Below are positions 14,301 to 29,300 of a stretch of DNA of 64,000 bases, one piece after another. The DNA is from Antedon mediterranea. Its lineage: Eukaryota; Animalia; Echinodermata. The stretch covers positions 13,284,771-13,348,770 of the forward strand of contig NC_092676.1 in assembly GCF_964355755.1 (NCBI RefSeq), written 5' to 3'. The notes below the pieces were generated by a model, which was not told the DNA's origin, did no database searches, and saw only the letters and a program-made list of their open reading frames with translations. A program made the position numbers and the translations under genes. The stretch's first letter is position 1. The number at the start of each line of letters is the position of its first letter.

Positions 14301-17300
14301 AAATGTGTTAACATAAAAAGACCAAAGTGTTTAGAATATCTTCAAATCACATTTGGAGACGTACTTTAGACCATTTTTTGCATTTCGATGAAACTTGGTT
14401 ACACAAAAACATCAAAGTGCTTAAAATCACATTTAAAACCGTTTTAGAGCATTTTGAGCATTTCGATAAAACTTTTCACACAAAAACATCAAAGTGTACA
14501 AAATAGCTTCAAATCGCATTTAGAGAGGTTTTAGACCATTTTGTGCATTTCGATAAAACTTTTCACACAAAAACATCAAAGTGTACAAAATAGCTTCAAA
14601 TCGCATTTAGAGACGTTTTAGACCATTTTGTGCATTTTGATAAAACTTTTCACACAAAAACATCAAATTGAACAAAATAGCTTAATATCGTGTTTGAAAA
14701 CGTTTTAAACCATTTTGAGCATGTCGATAAAACTTTTCACACAAAAATATCAAAATGCCCAGAATATCTTCAAATCGCATTTAGAGACGTTTTAGACCAT
14801 TTTGTGCATTTCGAAAAAATTTGTTAACATAAAAAGACCAAAGTGTTTAGATTATCTCCAAATCGCATTTGGAGACGTTTTAGACCATTTTGTGTTTTTC
14901 GAAAAAACTTTTCACACAAAAACATCAAAGTGTACAAAATTGCTTCAAATCGCATTTTGAGAGGTTTTAGACCATTTTGTGCATTTCGATAAAACTTTTC
15001 ACACAAAAACATCAAAGTGCACAGAATATCTTAATACCGTGTCTGAAATCGTTTTAAACCATTTTGAGCATGTCGATAAAACTTTTCACACAAAAACATC
15101 AAAGTGCACAGAATATCTTCAAATCGCATTTAGAGACGTTTTAGACCATTTTGTGCATTTCGAAAAAATTTGTTAACATAAAAAGACCAAAGTGTTTAGA
15201 ATATCTCCAAATCGCATTTGGAGACGTTTTAGACCATTTTGTGCATTTCGATGAAACTTGGTTACACAAAAACATCAAAGTGCTTAAAATCACATTTGAA
15301 ACCGTTTTAGAGCATTTTGAGCATTTCGATAAAACTTTTCACACAAAAACATCAAAGTGTACAAAATAGCTTCAAATCACATTTGAAACCGTTTTAGACC
15401 ATTTTGAGCATTTCGATAAAACTTTTCACACAAAAACATCAAAGTGTACAAAATAGCTTCAAATCGCATTTGGAGACGTTTTAGACCAATTTGTGCATTT
15501 CGATGAAACTTGGTTACACAAAAACATCAAAGTGTACAAAATAGCTTCAAATCACATTTGAAACCGTTTTAGACCATTTTGAGCATTTCGATAAAACTTT
15601 TCACACAAAAACATCAAAGTGTACAAAATAGCTTCAAATCGCATTTGGAGACGTTTTAGACCAATTTGTGCATTTCGATGAAACTTGGTTACACAAAAAC
15701 ATCAAAGTGCTTAAAATCACATTTGAAACCGTTTTAGAGCATTTTTAGCATTTCGATAATACTTTTCACACAAAAACATCAAAGTGTACAAAATAGCTTC
15801 AAATCGCATTTGGAGACGTTTTAGACCATTTTGTGCATTTCGATGAAACTTGGTTACACAAAAACATCAAAGTGCTTAAAATCACATTTGAAACCGTTTT
15901 AGACCATTTTGAGCATTTCGATAAAACTTTTCACACAAAAAAATCAAAGTGCACAAAATAGCTTCAAATCGCATTTGGAGACGTTTTAGACTATTTTGTG
16001 CATTTCGAAAAAATCTGTTAACATAAAAAACCAAAGTGTTTAGAATATCTCCAAATCGCATTTGGAGACGTTTTAAACCATTTTGTGCATTTCGATGGAA
16101 CTTGGTTACACAAAAACATCAAAGTGCTTAAAATCACATTTAAAACCGTTTTAGAGCATTTTGAGCATTTCGATAAAACTTTTCACACAAAAACATCAAA
16201 GTGTACAAAATAGCTTCAAATCGCATTTAGAGAGGTTTTAGACCATTTTGTGCATTTCGATAAAACTTTTCACACAAAAACATCAAAGTGTACAAAATAG
16301 CTTCAAATCGCATTTGGATACGTTTTAGACCATTTTGTGCATTTCGATGAAACTTGGTTCACATCAAAGTGCTTAAAATTACATTTGAAAGCGTTTTAGA
16401 GCATTTTGAGCATTTCGATAATACTTTTCACACAAAAACATCAAAGTGTACAAAATAGCTTCAAATCGCATTTGGAGACGTTTTAGACCATTTTGTGCAT
16501 TTCGATGAAACTTGGTTACACAAAAACATCAAAGTGCTTAAAATCACATTTGAAACCGTTTCAGACCATTTTGAGCGTTTCGATAAAACTTTTCACACAA
16601 AAACATCAAAGTGCACAAAATAGCTTCAAATCGCATTTGGAGACGTTTTAGACTATTTTGTGCATTTCGAAAAAATTTGTTAACATAAAAAGACCAAAGT
16701 GTTTAGAATATCTCCAAATCGCATTTGGAGACGTTTTAAACCATTTTGTGCATTTTGATGGAACTTGGTTACACAAAAACATCAAAGTGCTTAAAATCAC
16801 ATTTAAAACCGTTTTAGAGCATTTTGAGCATTTCGATAAAACTTTTCACACAAAAACATCAAAGTGTATAAAATAGCTTCAAATCGCATTTAGAGAGGTT
16901 TTAGACCATTTTGTGCATTTCGATAAAACTTTTCACACAAAAACATCAAAGTGTACAAAATAGCTTCAAATCGCATTTGGAGACGTTTTAGACCATTTTG
17001 TGCATTTCGATGAAACTTGGTTCACATCAAAGTGCTTAAAATTACATTTGAAAGCGTTTTAGAGCATTTTGAGCATTTCGATAATACTTTTCACACAAAA
17101 ACATCAAAGTGTACAAAATAGCTTCAAATCGCATTTGGAGACGTTTTAGACCATTTTGTGCATTTCGATGAAACTTGGTTACACAAAAACATCAAAGTGC
17201 TTAAAATCACATTTGAAACCGTTTTAGACCATTTTGAGCGTTTTGATAAAACTTTTCACACAAAAACATCAAAGTGCACAAAATAGCTTCAAATCGCATT

Positions 17301-20300
17301 TGGAGACGTTTTAGACTATTTTGTGCATTTCGAAAAAATTTGTTAACATAAAAAGACCAAAGTGTTTAGAATATCTCCAAATCGCATTTGGAGACGTTTT
17401 AAACCATTTTGTGCATTTCGATGGAACTTGGTTACACAAAAACATCAAAGTGCTTAAAATCACATTTAAAACCGTTTTAGAGCATTTTGAGCATTTCGAT
17501 AAAACTTTTCACACAAAAACATCAAAGTGTACAAAATAGCTTCAAATCGCATTTAGAGAGGTTTTAGACCATTTTGTGCATTTCGATAAAACTTTTCACA
17601 CAAAAACATCAAAGTGTACAAAATAGCTTCAAATCGCATTTAGAGACGTTTTAGACCATTTTGTGCATTTTGATAAAACTTTTCACACAAAAACATCAAA
17701 TTGCACAAAATAGCTTAATATCGTGTTTGAAAACGTTTTAAACCATTTTGAGCATGTCGATAAAACTTTTCACACAAAAATATCAAAATGCCCAGAATAT
17801 CTTCAAATCGCATTTAGAGACGTTTTAGACCATTTTGTGCATTTCGAAAAAATTTGTTAACATAAAAAGACCAAAGTGTTTAGATTATCTCCAAATCGAA
17901 TTTGGAGACGTTTTAGACCATTTTGTGTTTTTCGAAAAAACTTTTCAAACAAAAACATCAAAGTGTACAAAATTGCTTCAAATCGCATTTAGAGAGGTTT
18001 TAGACCATTTTGTGCATTTCGATAAAACTTTTCACACAAAAACATCAAAGTGCACAGAATATCTTAATACCGTGTCTGAAATCGTTTTAAACCATTTTGA
18101 GCATGTCGATAAAACTTTTCACACAAAAACATCAAAGTGCACAGAATATCTTCAAATCGCATTTAGAGACGTTTTAGACCATTTTGTGCATTTCGAAAAA
18201 ATTTGTTAACATAAAAAGACCAAAGTGTTTAGAATATCTCCAAATCGCATTTGGAGACGTTTTAGACCATTTTGGGCATTTCGATGAAACTTGGTTACAC
18301 AAATACATAAAAGTGCTTAAAATCACATTTAAAACCGTTTTAGAGCATTTTGAGCATTTCGATAAAACTTTTCACACAAAAACATCAAAGTGTACAAAAT
18401 AGCTTCAAATCGCATTTAGAGAGGTTTTAGACCATTTTGTGCATTTCGATAAAACTTTTCACACAAAAACATCAAAGTGTACAAAATAACTTCAAATCGT
18501 ATTTAGAGACGTTTTAGACCATTTTGTGCATTTTGCTAAAACTTTTCACACAAAAACATCAAATTGCACAAAATAGCTTAATATCGTGTTTGAAAACGTT
18601 TTAAACCATTTTGAGCATGTCGATAAAACTTTTCACACAAAAACATCAAATTGCACAAAATAGCTTAATATCGTGTTTGAAAACGTTTTAAACCATTTTG
18701 AGCATGTCGATAAAACTTTTCACACAAAAATATCAAAGTGCACAGAATATCTTCAAATCGCATTTAGAGACGTTTTAGACCATTTTGTGCATTTCGAAAA
18801 AATTTGTTAACATAAAAAAACCAAAGTGTTTAGGATATCTCCAAATCGCATTTGGAGACGTTTTAGACCATTTTGTGCATTTCAATGAAACTTGGTTACA
18901 CAAAAACATCAAAGTGCTTAAAATCACATTTGAAACCGTTTTAGAGCATTTTTAGCATTTCGATAATACTTTTCACACAAAAACATCAAAGTGTACAAAA
19001 TAGCTTCAAATCGCATTTGGAGACGTTTTAGACCATTTTGTGCATTTCGATGAAACTTGGTTACACAAAAACATCAAAGTGCTTAAAATCACATTTGAAA
19101 CCGTTTTAGACCATTTTGAGCATTTCGATAAAACTTTTCACACAAAAAAATCAAAGTGCACAAAATAGCTTCAAATCGCATTTGGAGACGTTTTAGACCA
19201 TTTTGTGCATTTCGATGAAACTTGGTTACACAAAAACATCAAAGTGCTTAATATCACATTTGAAACCGTTTTAGAGCATTTTTAGCATTTCGATAATACT
19301 TTTCACACAAAAACATCAAAGTGTACAAAATAGCTTCAAATCGCATTTGGAGACGTTTTAGACCATTTTGTGCATTTTGATGAAACTTGGTTACACAAAA
19401 ACATCAAAGTGCTTAAAATCACATTTGAAACCGTTTTAGACCATTTTGAGCATTTCGATAAAACTTTTCACACAAAAAAATCAAAGTGCACAAAATAGCT
19501 TCAAATCGCATTTGGAGACGTTTTAGACTATTTTGTGCATTTCGAAAAAATCTGTTAACATAAAAAGACCAAAGTGTTTAGAATATCTCCAAATCGCATT
19601 TGGAGACGTTTTAAACCATTTTGTGCATTTCGATGGAACTTGGTTACACAAAAACATCAAAGTGCTTAAAATCACATTTAAAACCGTTTTAGAGCATTTT
19701 GAGCATTTCGATAAAACTTTTCACACAAAAACATCAAAGTGTACAAAATAGCTTCAAATCGCATTTAGAGAGGTTTTAGACCATTTTGTGCATTTCGATA
19801 AAACTTTTCACACAAAAACATCAAAGTGTACAAAATAGCTTCAAATCGCATTTGGAGACGTTTTAGACCATTTTGTGCATTTCGATGAAACTTGGTTCAC
19901 ATCAAAGTGCTTAAAATTACATTTGAAAGCGTTTTAGAGCATTTTGAGCATTTCGATAATACTTTTCACACAAAAACATCAAAGTGTACAAAATAGCTTC
20001 AAATCGCATTTGGAGACGTTTTAGACCATTTTGTGCATTTCGATGAAACTTGGTTACACAAAAACATCAAAGTGCTTAAAATCACATTTGAAACCGTTTT
20101 AGACCATTTTGAGCGTTTCGATAAAACTTTTCACACAAAAACATCAAAGTGCACAAAATAGCTTCAAATCGCATTTGGAGACGTTTTAGACTATTTTGTG
20201 CATTTCGAAAAAATTTGTTAACATAAAAAGACCAAAGTGTTTAGAATATCTCCAAATCGCATTTGGAGACGTTTTAAACCATTTTGTGCATTTCGATGGA

Positions 20301-23300
20301 ACTTGGTTACACAAAAACATCAAAGTGCTTAAAATCACATTTAAAACCGTTTTAGAGCATTTTGAGCATTTCGATAAAACTTTTCACACAAAAACATCAA
20401 AGTGTACAAAATAGCTTCAAATCGCATTTAGAGAGGTTTTAGACCATTTTGTGCATTTCGATAAAACTTTTCACACAAAAACATCAAAGTGTACAAAATA
20501 GCTTCAAATCGCATTTAGAGACGTTTTAGACCATTTTGTGCATTTTCATAAAACTTTTCACACAAAAACATCAAATTGCACAAAATAGCTTAATACCGTG
20601 TTTGAAATCGTTTTAAACCATTTTGAGCATGTCGATAAAACTTTTCACACAAAAACATCAAAGTGTACAAAATAGCTTCAAATCACATTTGAAACCGTTT
20701 TAGACCATTTTGAGCATTTCGATAAAACTTTTCACACAAAAACATCAAAGTGTACAAAATAGCTTCAAATCGCATTTGGAGACGTTTTAGACCATTTTGT
20801 GCATTTCGATGAAACTTGGTTACACAAAAACATCAAAGTGCTTAAAATTACATTTGAAAGCGTTTTAGAGCATTTTGAGCATTTCGATAATACTTTTCAC
20901 ACAAAAACATCAAAGTGTACAAAATAGCTTCAAATCGCATTTGGAGACGTTTTAGACCATTTTGTGCATTTCGATGAAACTTGGTTACACAAAAACATCA
21001 AAGTGCTTAAAATTACATTTGAAACCGTTTTAGACCATTTTGAGCGTTTCGATAAAACTTTCCACACAAATAAATCAGAGTGCACAAAATAGCTTCAAAT
21101 CGTATTTGGAGACGTTTTAGACTATTTTGTGCATTTCGAAAAAATTTGTTAACATAAAAAGACCAAAGTGTTTAGAATATCTCCAAATCGCATTTGGAGA
21201 CGTTTTAAACCATTTTGTGCATTTCTATGGAACTTGGTTACACAAAAACATCAAAGTGCTTAAAATCACATTTAAAACCGTTTTAGAGCATTTTGAGCAT
21301 TTCGATAAAACTTTTCACACAAAAACATCAAAGTGTACAAAATAGCTTCAAATCGCATTTAGAGAGGTTTTAGACCATTTTGTGCATTTCGATAAAACTT
21401 TTCACACAAAAACATCAAAGTGTACAAAATAGCTTCAAATCGCATTTAGAGACGTTTTAGACCATTTTGTGCATTTCGATAAAACTTTTCACACAAAAAC
21501 ATCAAATTGCACAAAATAGCTTAATACCGTGTTTGAAATCGTTTTAAACCATTTTGAGCATGTCGATAAAACTTTTCACAAAAAAACATCAAAGTGCACA
21601 GAATAGCTTCAAATCGCATTTGGAGACGTTTTAAACCATTTTGTGCATTTCGATAAAACTTTTCACATAAAAACAACAAAGTGTACAAAATAGCTTCAAA
21701 TCGCATTTAGAGACGTTTTAGACCATTTTGGGCATTTCGATGAAACTTGGTTACACAAATACATAAAAGTGCTTAAAATCACATTTCAAACCGTTTTAGA
21801 GCATTTTGAGCATTTCGATAAAACTTTTCACACAAAAACATCAAAGTGCACAAAATAGCTTCAAATCGCATTTAGAGATGTTTTAGACCATTTTGTGCAA
21901 TTCGATAAAACTTTTCACACAAAAACATCAAATTGCACAAAATAGCTTAATATCGTGTTTGAAAACGTTTTAGACCATTTTGAGCATGTCGATAAAACTT
22001 TTCACATAAAAACATAAAAGTGAACAGAATAGCCTCAAATTGCATTTGGAGACGTTTTAGAGCATTTTGTGCATTTCGATAAAATGTGTTAACATAAAAA
22101 GACCAAAGTGTTTAGAATATCTTCAAATCATATTTGGAGACGTACTTTAGACCATTTTTTGCATTGCGATGAAACTTGGTTACACAAAAACATCAAAGTG
22201 CTTAAAATCACATTTAAAACCGTTTTAGAGCATTTTGAGCATTTCGATAAACCTTTTCACAAAAAAACATCAAAGTGTACAAAATAACTTCAAATCGCAT
22301 TTAGAGAGGTTTTAGACCATTTTGTGCATTTCGATAAAACTTTTCACACAAAAACATCAAAGTGTACAAAATAACTTCAAATCGTATTTAGAGAGGTTTT
22401 AGACCATTTTGTGCATTTTGATAAAACTTTTCACACAAAAACATCAAATTGCACAAAATAGCTTAATATCGTGTTTGAAAACGTTTTAAACCATTTTGAG
22501 CATGTCGATAAAACTTTTCACACAAAAATATCAAAGTGCACAGAATATCTTCAAATCGCATTTAGAGACGTTTTAGACCTTTTTGTGCATTTCGAAAAAA
22601 TTTGTTAACATAAAAAGACCAAAGTGTTTAGAATATCTCCAAATCACATTTGGAGACGTTTTAGACCATTTTGTGTTTTTCGAAAAAACTTTTCACACAA
22701 AAACATCAAAGTGCACAGAATAGCTTCAAATTGCATTTGGAGACGTTTTAGACCATTTTGTGCGTTTCGATGAATCTTGGTTACACAAAAACATCAAAGT
22801 GCTTAAAATCACATTTAAAACCGTTTTAGTGCATTTTGAGCATTTCGATAAAACTTTTCACACAAAAACATCAAATTGCACAAAATAGCTTAATATCGTG
22901 TTTGAAAACGTTTTAGACCATTTTGAGCATGTCGATAAAACTTTTCACACAAAAACATAAAAGTGAACAGAATAGCTTCAAATTGCATTTGGAGACGTTT
23001 TAGAGCATTTTGTGCATTTAGATAAAATGTGTTAACATAAAAAGACCAAAGTGTTTAGAATATCTTCAAATCACATTTGGAGACGTTTTAGACCATTTTT
23101 TGCATTTCGATGAAACTTGGTTACACAAAAACATCAAAGTGCTTAAAATCACATTTAAAACCGTTTTAGAGCATTTTGAGCATTTCGATAAAACTTTTCA
23201 CACAAAAACATCAAAGTGTACAAAATAGCTTCAAATCGCATTTAGAGAGGTTTTAGACCATTTTGTGCATTTCGATAAAACTTTTCACACAAAAACATCA

Positions 23301-26300
23301 AAGTGTACAAAATAACTTCAAATCGTATTTAGAGACGTTTTAGACCATTTTGTGCATTTTGATAAAACTTTTCACACAAAAACATCAAATTGCACAAAAT
23401 AGCTTAATATCGTGTTTGAAAACGTTTTAAACCATTTTGAGCATGTCGATAAAACTTTTCACACAAAAATATCAAAGTGCACAGAATATCTTCAAATCGC
23501 ATTTAGAGACGTTTTAGACCATTTTGTGCATTTCGAAAAAATTTGTTAACATAAAAAGACCAAAGTGTTTAGAATATCTCCAAATCGCATTTGGAGACGT
23601 TTTAGACCATTTTGTGTTTTTCGAAAAAACTTTTCACACAAAAACATCAAAGTGCACAGAATAGCTTCAAATTGCATTTGGAGACGTTTTAGACCATTTT
23701 GTGCGTTTCGATGAATCTTGGTTACACAAAAACATCAAAGTGCTTAAAATCACATTTAAAACCGTTTTAGTGCATTTTGAGCATTTCGATAAAACTTTTC
23801 ACACAAAAACATCAAATTGCACAAAATAGCTTAATATCGTGTTTGAAAACGTTTTAGACCATTTTGAGCATGTCGATAAAACTTTTCACACAAAAACATA
23901 AAAGTGAACAGAATAGCTTCAAATTGCATTTGGAGACGTTTTAGAGCATTTTGTGCATTTCGATAAAATGTGTTAACATAAAAAGACCAAAGTGTTTAGA
24001 ATATCTTCAAATCACATTTGGAGACGTTTTAGACCATTTTTTGCATTTCGATGAAACTTGGTTACACAAAAACATCAAAGTGCTTAAAATCACATTTAAA
24101 ACCGTTTTAGAGCATTTTGAGCATTTCGATAAAACTTTTCACACAAAAACATCAAAGTGTACAAAATAGCTTCAAATCGCATTTAGAGAGGTTTTAGACC
24201 ATTTTGTGCATTTCGATAAAACTTTTCACACAAAAACATCAAAGTGTACAAAATAACTTCAAATCGTATTTAGAGACGTTTTAGACCATTTTGTGCATTT
24301 TGATAAAACTTTTCACACAAAAACATCAAATTGCACAAAATAGCTTAATATCGTGTTTGAAAACGTTTTAAACCATTTTGAGCATGTCGATAAAACTTTT
24401 CACACAAAAATATCAAAGTGCACAGAATATCTTCAAATCGCATTTAGAGACGTTTTAGACCATTTTGTGCATTTCGAAAAAATTTGTTAACATAAAAAGA
24501 CCAAAGTGTTTAGAATATCTCCAAATCGCATTTGGAGACGTTTTAGACCATTTTGTGTTTTTCGAAAAAACTTTTCACACAAAAACATCAAAGTGTACAA
24601 AATTGCTTCAAATCGCATTTGGAGACGTTTTAGACCATTTTGTGATTTTCGAAAAACTTTTCACACAAAAACATCAAAGTGTAGAAAATTGCTTCAAATC
24701 GCAAAAAAAATGTTTTGAGAGATGTTTTAGAACAATTTTGTGAATTAAGAAAAAATTTGTTAACATAAAAAGACCAAAGTGTTTAGAATATCTCCAAATC
24801 GCATTTGGAGACGTTTTAGACCATTTTGTGCATTTCGATGACACTTGGTTACACAAAAACATCAAAGTGCTTAAAATCACATTTAAAACCGTTTTAGAGC
24901 GTTTTGAGCATTTCGATAAACTTTTCAAACAAAAACATCAAAGTGTACAAAATAGCTTCAAATCGTATTTGGAGACGTTTTAGACCATTTTGTGCGTTTC
25001 GATGAATCTTGGTTACACAAAAACATCAAAGTGCTTAAAATCACATTTAAAACCGTTTTAGTGCATTTTGAGCATTTCGATAAAACTTTTCACACAAAAA
25101 CATCAAATTGCTCAAAATAGCTTAATATCGTGTTTGAAAACGTTTTAGACCATTTTGAGCATGTCGATAAAACTTTTCACACAAAAACATAAAAGTGAAC
25201 AGAATATCTTCAAATCGCATTTAGAGATGTTTTAGACCATTTTGTGCGTTTCGATAAAACTTTTCACACAAAAACATCAAATTGCACAAAATAGCTTAAT
25301 ATCGTGTTTGAAAACGTTTTAGACCATTTTGAGCATGTCGATAAAACTTTTCACACAAAAACATCAAAGTGCACAGAATATCTTCAAATCGCATTTAGAG
25401 ACGTTTTAGACCATTTTGTGCATTTCGGAAAAAATTTGTTAACATAAAAAGACCAAAGTGTTTAGAATATCTCCAAATCGCATTTGGAGACGTTTTAGAC
25501 CATTTTGTGAATTTCGATGAAACTTGGTTACACAAAAACATCAAAGTGCTTAAAATCACATTTGAAACCATTTTAGAGCATTTTGAGCATTTCGATAAAA
25601 CTTTTCACACAAAAACATCAAAGTGTACAAAATAGCTTCAAATCACATTTGAAACCGTTTTAGACCATTTTGAGCATTTCGATAAAACTTTTCACACAAA
25701 AACATCAAAGTGTACAGAATAGCTTCAAATCGCATTTGGAGACGTTTTAGACCATTTTGTGCATTTCGATGAAACTTGGTTACACAAAAACATCAAAGTG
25801 CTTAAAATCACATTTGAAACCGTTTTAGACCATTTTGAGCATTTCGATAAAAATTTTCACACAAAAAAATCAAAGTGCACAAAATAGCTTCAAATGGCAT
25901 TTGGAGACGTTTTAGACCATTTTGTGCATTTCGATGAAACTTGGTTACACAAAAACATCAAAGTGCTTAAAATCACATTTGAAACCGTTTTAGAGCATTT
26001 TGAGCATTTCGATAAAACTTTTCACACAAAAAAATCAAAGTGTACAAAATAGCTTCAAATCGCATTTAGAGACGTTTTAGACCATTTTGTGCATTTAGAT
26101 AAAACTTTTCACACAAAAACATCAAATTGCACAAAATAGCTTAATATCGTGTTTGAAAACGTTTTAAACCATTTTGAGCATGTCGATAAAACTTTTCACA
26201 CAAAAATATCAAAGTGCACAGAATATCTTCAAATCGCATTTAGAGACGTTTTAGACCATTTTGTGCATTTCGATGAAACTTGGTTACACAAAAACATCAA

Positions 26301-29300
26301 AGTGCTTAAAATCACATTTAAAACCGTTTTAGAGCGTTTTGAGCATTTCGATAAACTTTTTACACAAAAACATCAAAGTGCACAAAATAGCTTCAAATCG
26401 CATTTAGAGATGTTTTAGACCATTTTGTGCATTTCGATAAAACTGTTCACACAAAAACATCAAATTGCACAAAATAGCTTAATACCGTGTTTGAAATCAT
26501 TTTAAACCATTTTGAGCATGTCGATAAAACTTTTCACACAAAAATATCAAAATGCCCAGAATATCTTCAAATCGCATTTAGAGACGTTTTAGACCATTTT
26601 GTGCATTTCGAAAAAATTTGTTAACATAAAAAGACCAAAGTGTTTAGATTATCTCCAAATCGAATTTGGAGACGTTTTAGACCATTTTGTGTTTTTCGAA
26701 AAAAATTGTTAACATAAAAAGACCAAAGTGTTTAGATTATCTCCAAATCGCATTTGGAGACGTTTTAGACCATTTTGTGTTTTTCGAAAAAACTTTTCAC
26801 ACAAAAACATCAAAGTGTACAAAATAGCTTCAAATCACATTTGAAACCGTTTTAGACCATTTTGAGCATTTCGATAAAACTTTTCACACAAAAACATCAA
26901 AGTGCAAAGAATATCTTAATACCGTGTCTGAAATCGTTTTAAACCATTTTGAGCATGTCGATAAAACTTTTCACACAAAAACATCAAAGTGCACAGAATA
27001 TCTTCAAATCGCATTTAGAGACGTTTTAGACCATTTTGTGCATTTCGAAAAAATTTGTTAACATAAAAAGACCAAAGTGTTTAGAATATCTCCAAATCGC
27101 ATTTGGAGACGTTTTAGACCATTTTGTGCATTTCGATGAAACTTGGTTACACAAAAACATCAAAGTGCTTAAAATCACATTTGAAACCGTTTTAGAGCAT
27201 TTTGAGCATTTCGATAAAACTTTTCACACAAAAACATCAAAGTGTACAAAATAGCTTCAAATCACATTTGAAACCGTTTTAGACCATTTTGAGCATTTCG
27301 ATAAAACTTTTCACACAAAAACATCAAAGTGTACAGAATAGCTTCAAATCGCATTTGGAGACGTTTTAGACCATTTTGTGCATTTCGATGAAACTTGGTT
27401 ACACAAAAACATCAAAGTGCTTAAAATCACATTTGAAACCGTTTTAGAGCATTTTTAACATTTCCATAATACTTTTCACACAAAAACATCAAATTGCACA
27501 AAATAGCTTCAAATCACATTTGGAGACGTTTTAGACCATTTTGTGCATTTCGATGAAACTTGGTTACACAAAAACATCAAAGTGCTTAAAATCACATTTG
27601 AAACCGTTTTAGAGCATTTTGAGCATTTCGATAAAACTTTTCACACAAAAAAATCAAACTGCACAAAATAGCTTCAAATCGCATTTGGAGAGGTTTTAGA
27701 CCATTTTGTGCATTTCGATAAAACTTTTCACACAAAAACATCAAAGTGTACAAAATAGCTTCAAATCGCATTTAGAGACGTTTTAGACCATTTTGTGCAT
27801 TTCGATAAAACTTTTCACACAAAAACATCAAATTGCACAAAATAGCTTAATATCGTGTTTGAAAACGTTTTAAACCATTTTGAGCATGTCGATAAAACTT
27901 TTCACAAAAAAATATCAAAGTGCACAGAATATCTTCAAATCGCATTTAGAGACGTTTTAGACCATTTTGTGCATTTCGATGAAACTTGGTTACACAAAAA
28001 CATCAAAGTGCTTAAAATCACATTTAAAACCGTTTTAGAGCGTTTTGAGCATTTCCATAAACTTTTTACACAAAAACATCAAAGTGCACAAAATAGCTTC
28101 AAATCGCATTTAGAGATGTTTTAGACCATTTTGTGCATTTCGATAAAACTTTTCACACAAAAACATCAAATTGCACAAAATAGCTTAATACCGTGTTTGA
28201 AATCATTTTAAACCATTTTGAGCATGTCGATAAAACTTTTCACACAAAAACATCAAAGTGCACAGAATATCTTCAAATCGCATTTAGAGACGTTTTAGAC
28301 CATTTTGTGCATTTCGAAAAAATTTAACATAAAAAGACCAAAGTGTTTAGAATATCTCCAAATCGCAATTTGAGACGTTTTAGACCATTTTGTGCATTTC
28401 GATGAAACTTGGTTACACAAAAACATCAAAGTGCTTAAAATCACATTTGAAACCGTTTTAGAGCATTTTGAGCATTTCGATAAAACTTTTCACACAAAAA
28501 CATCAAAGTGTACAAAATAGCTTCAAATCACATTTGAAACCGTTTTAGACCATTTTGAGCATTTCGATAAAACTTTTCACACAAAAACATCAAAGTGTAC
28601 AAAATAGCTTCAAATCGCATTTGGAGACGTTTTAGACCATTTTGTGCATTTCGATGAAACTTGGTTACACAAAAACATCAAAGTGCTTAAAATCACATTT
28701 GAAACCGTTTTAGAGCATTTTTAGCATTTCGATAATACTTTTCACACAAAAACATCAAAGTGTACAAAATAGCTTCAAATCGCATTTGGAGACGTTTTAG
28801 ACCATTTTGTGCATTTCGATGAAACTTGGTTACACAAAAACATCAAAGTGCTTAAAATCACATTTGAAACCGTTTTAGACCATTTTGAGCATTTCGATAA
28901 AACTTTTCACACAAAAAAATCAAAGTGCACAAAATAGCTTCAAATCGCATTTGGGGACGTTTTAGACTATTTTGTGCATTTCGAAAAAATTTGTTAACAT
29001 AAAAAGACCAAAGTGTTTAGAATATCTCCAAATCGCATTTGGAGACGTTTTAAACCATTTTGTGCATTTCGATGGAACTTGGTTACACAAAAACATCAAA
29101 GTGCTTAAAATCACATTTAAAACCGTTTTAGAGCATTTTTAGCATTTCGATAAAACTTTTCACACAAAAACATCAAAGTGTACAAAATAGCTTCAAATCG
29201 CATTTAGAGAGGTTTTAGACCATTTTGTGCATTTCGATAAAACTTTTCACACAAAAACATCAAAGTGTACAAAATAGCTTCAAATTGCATTTAGAGACGT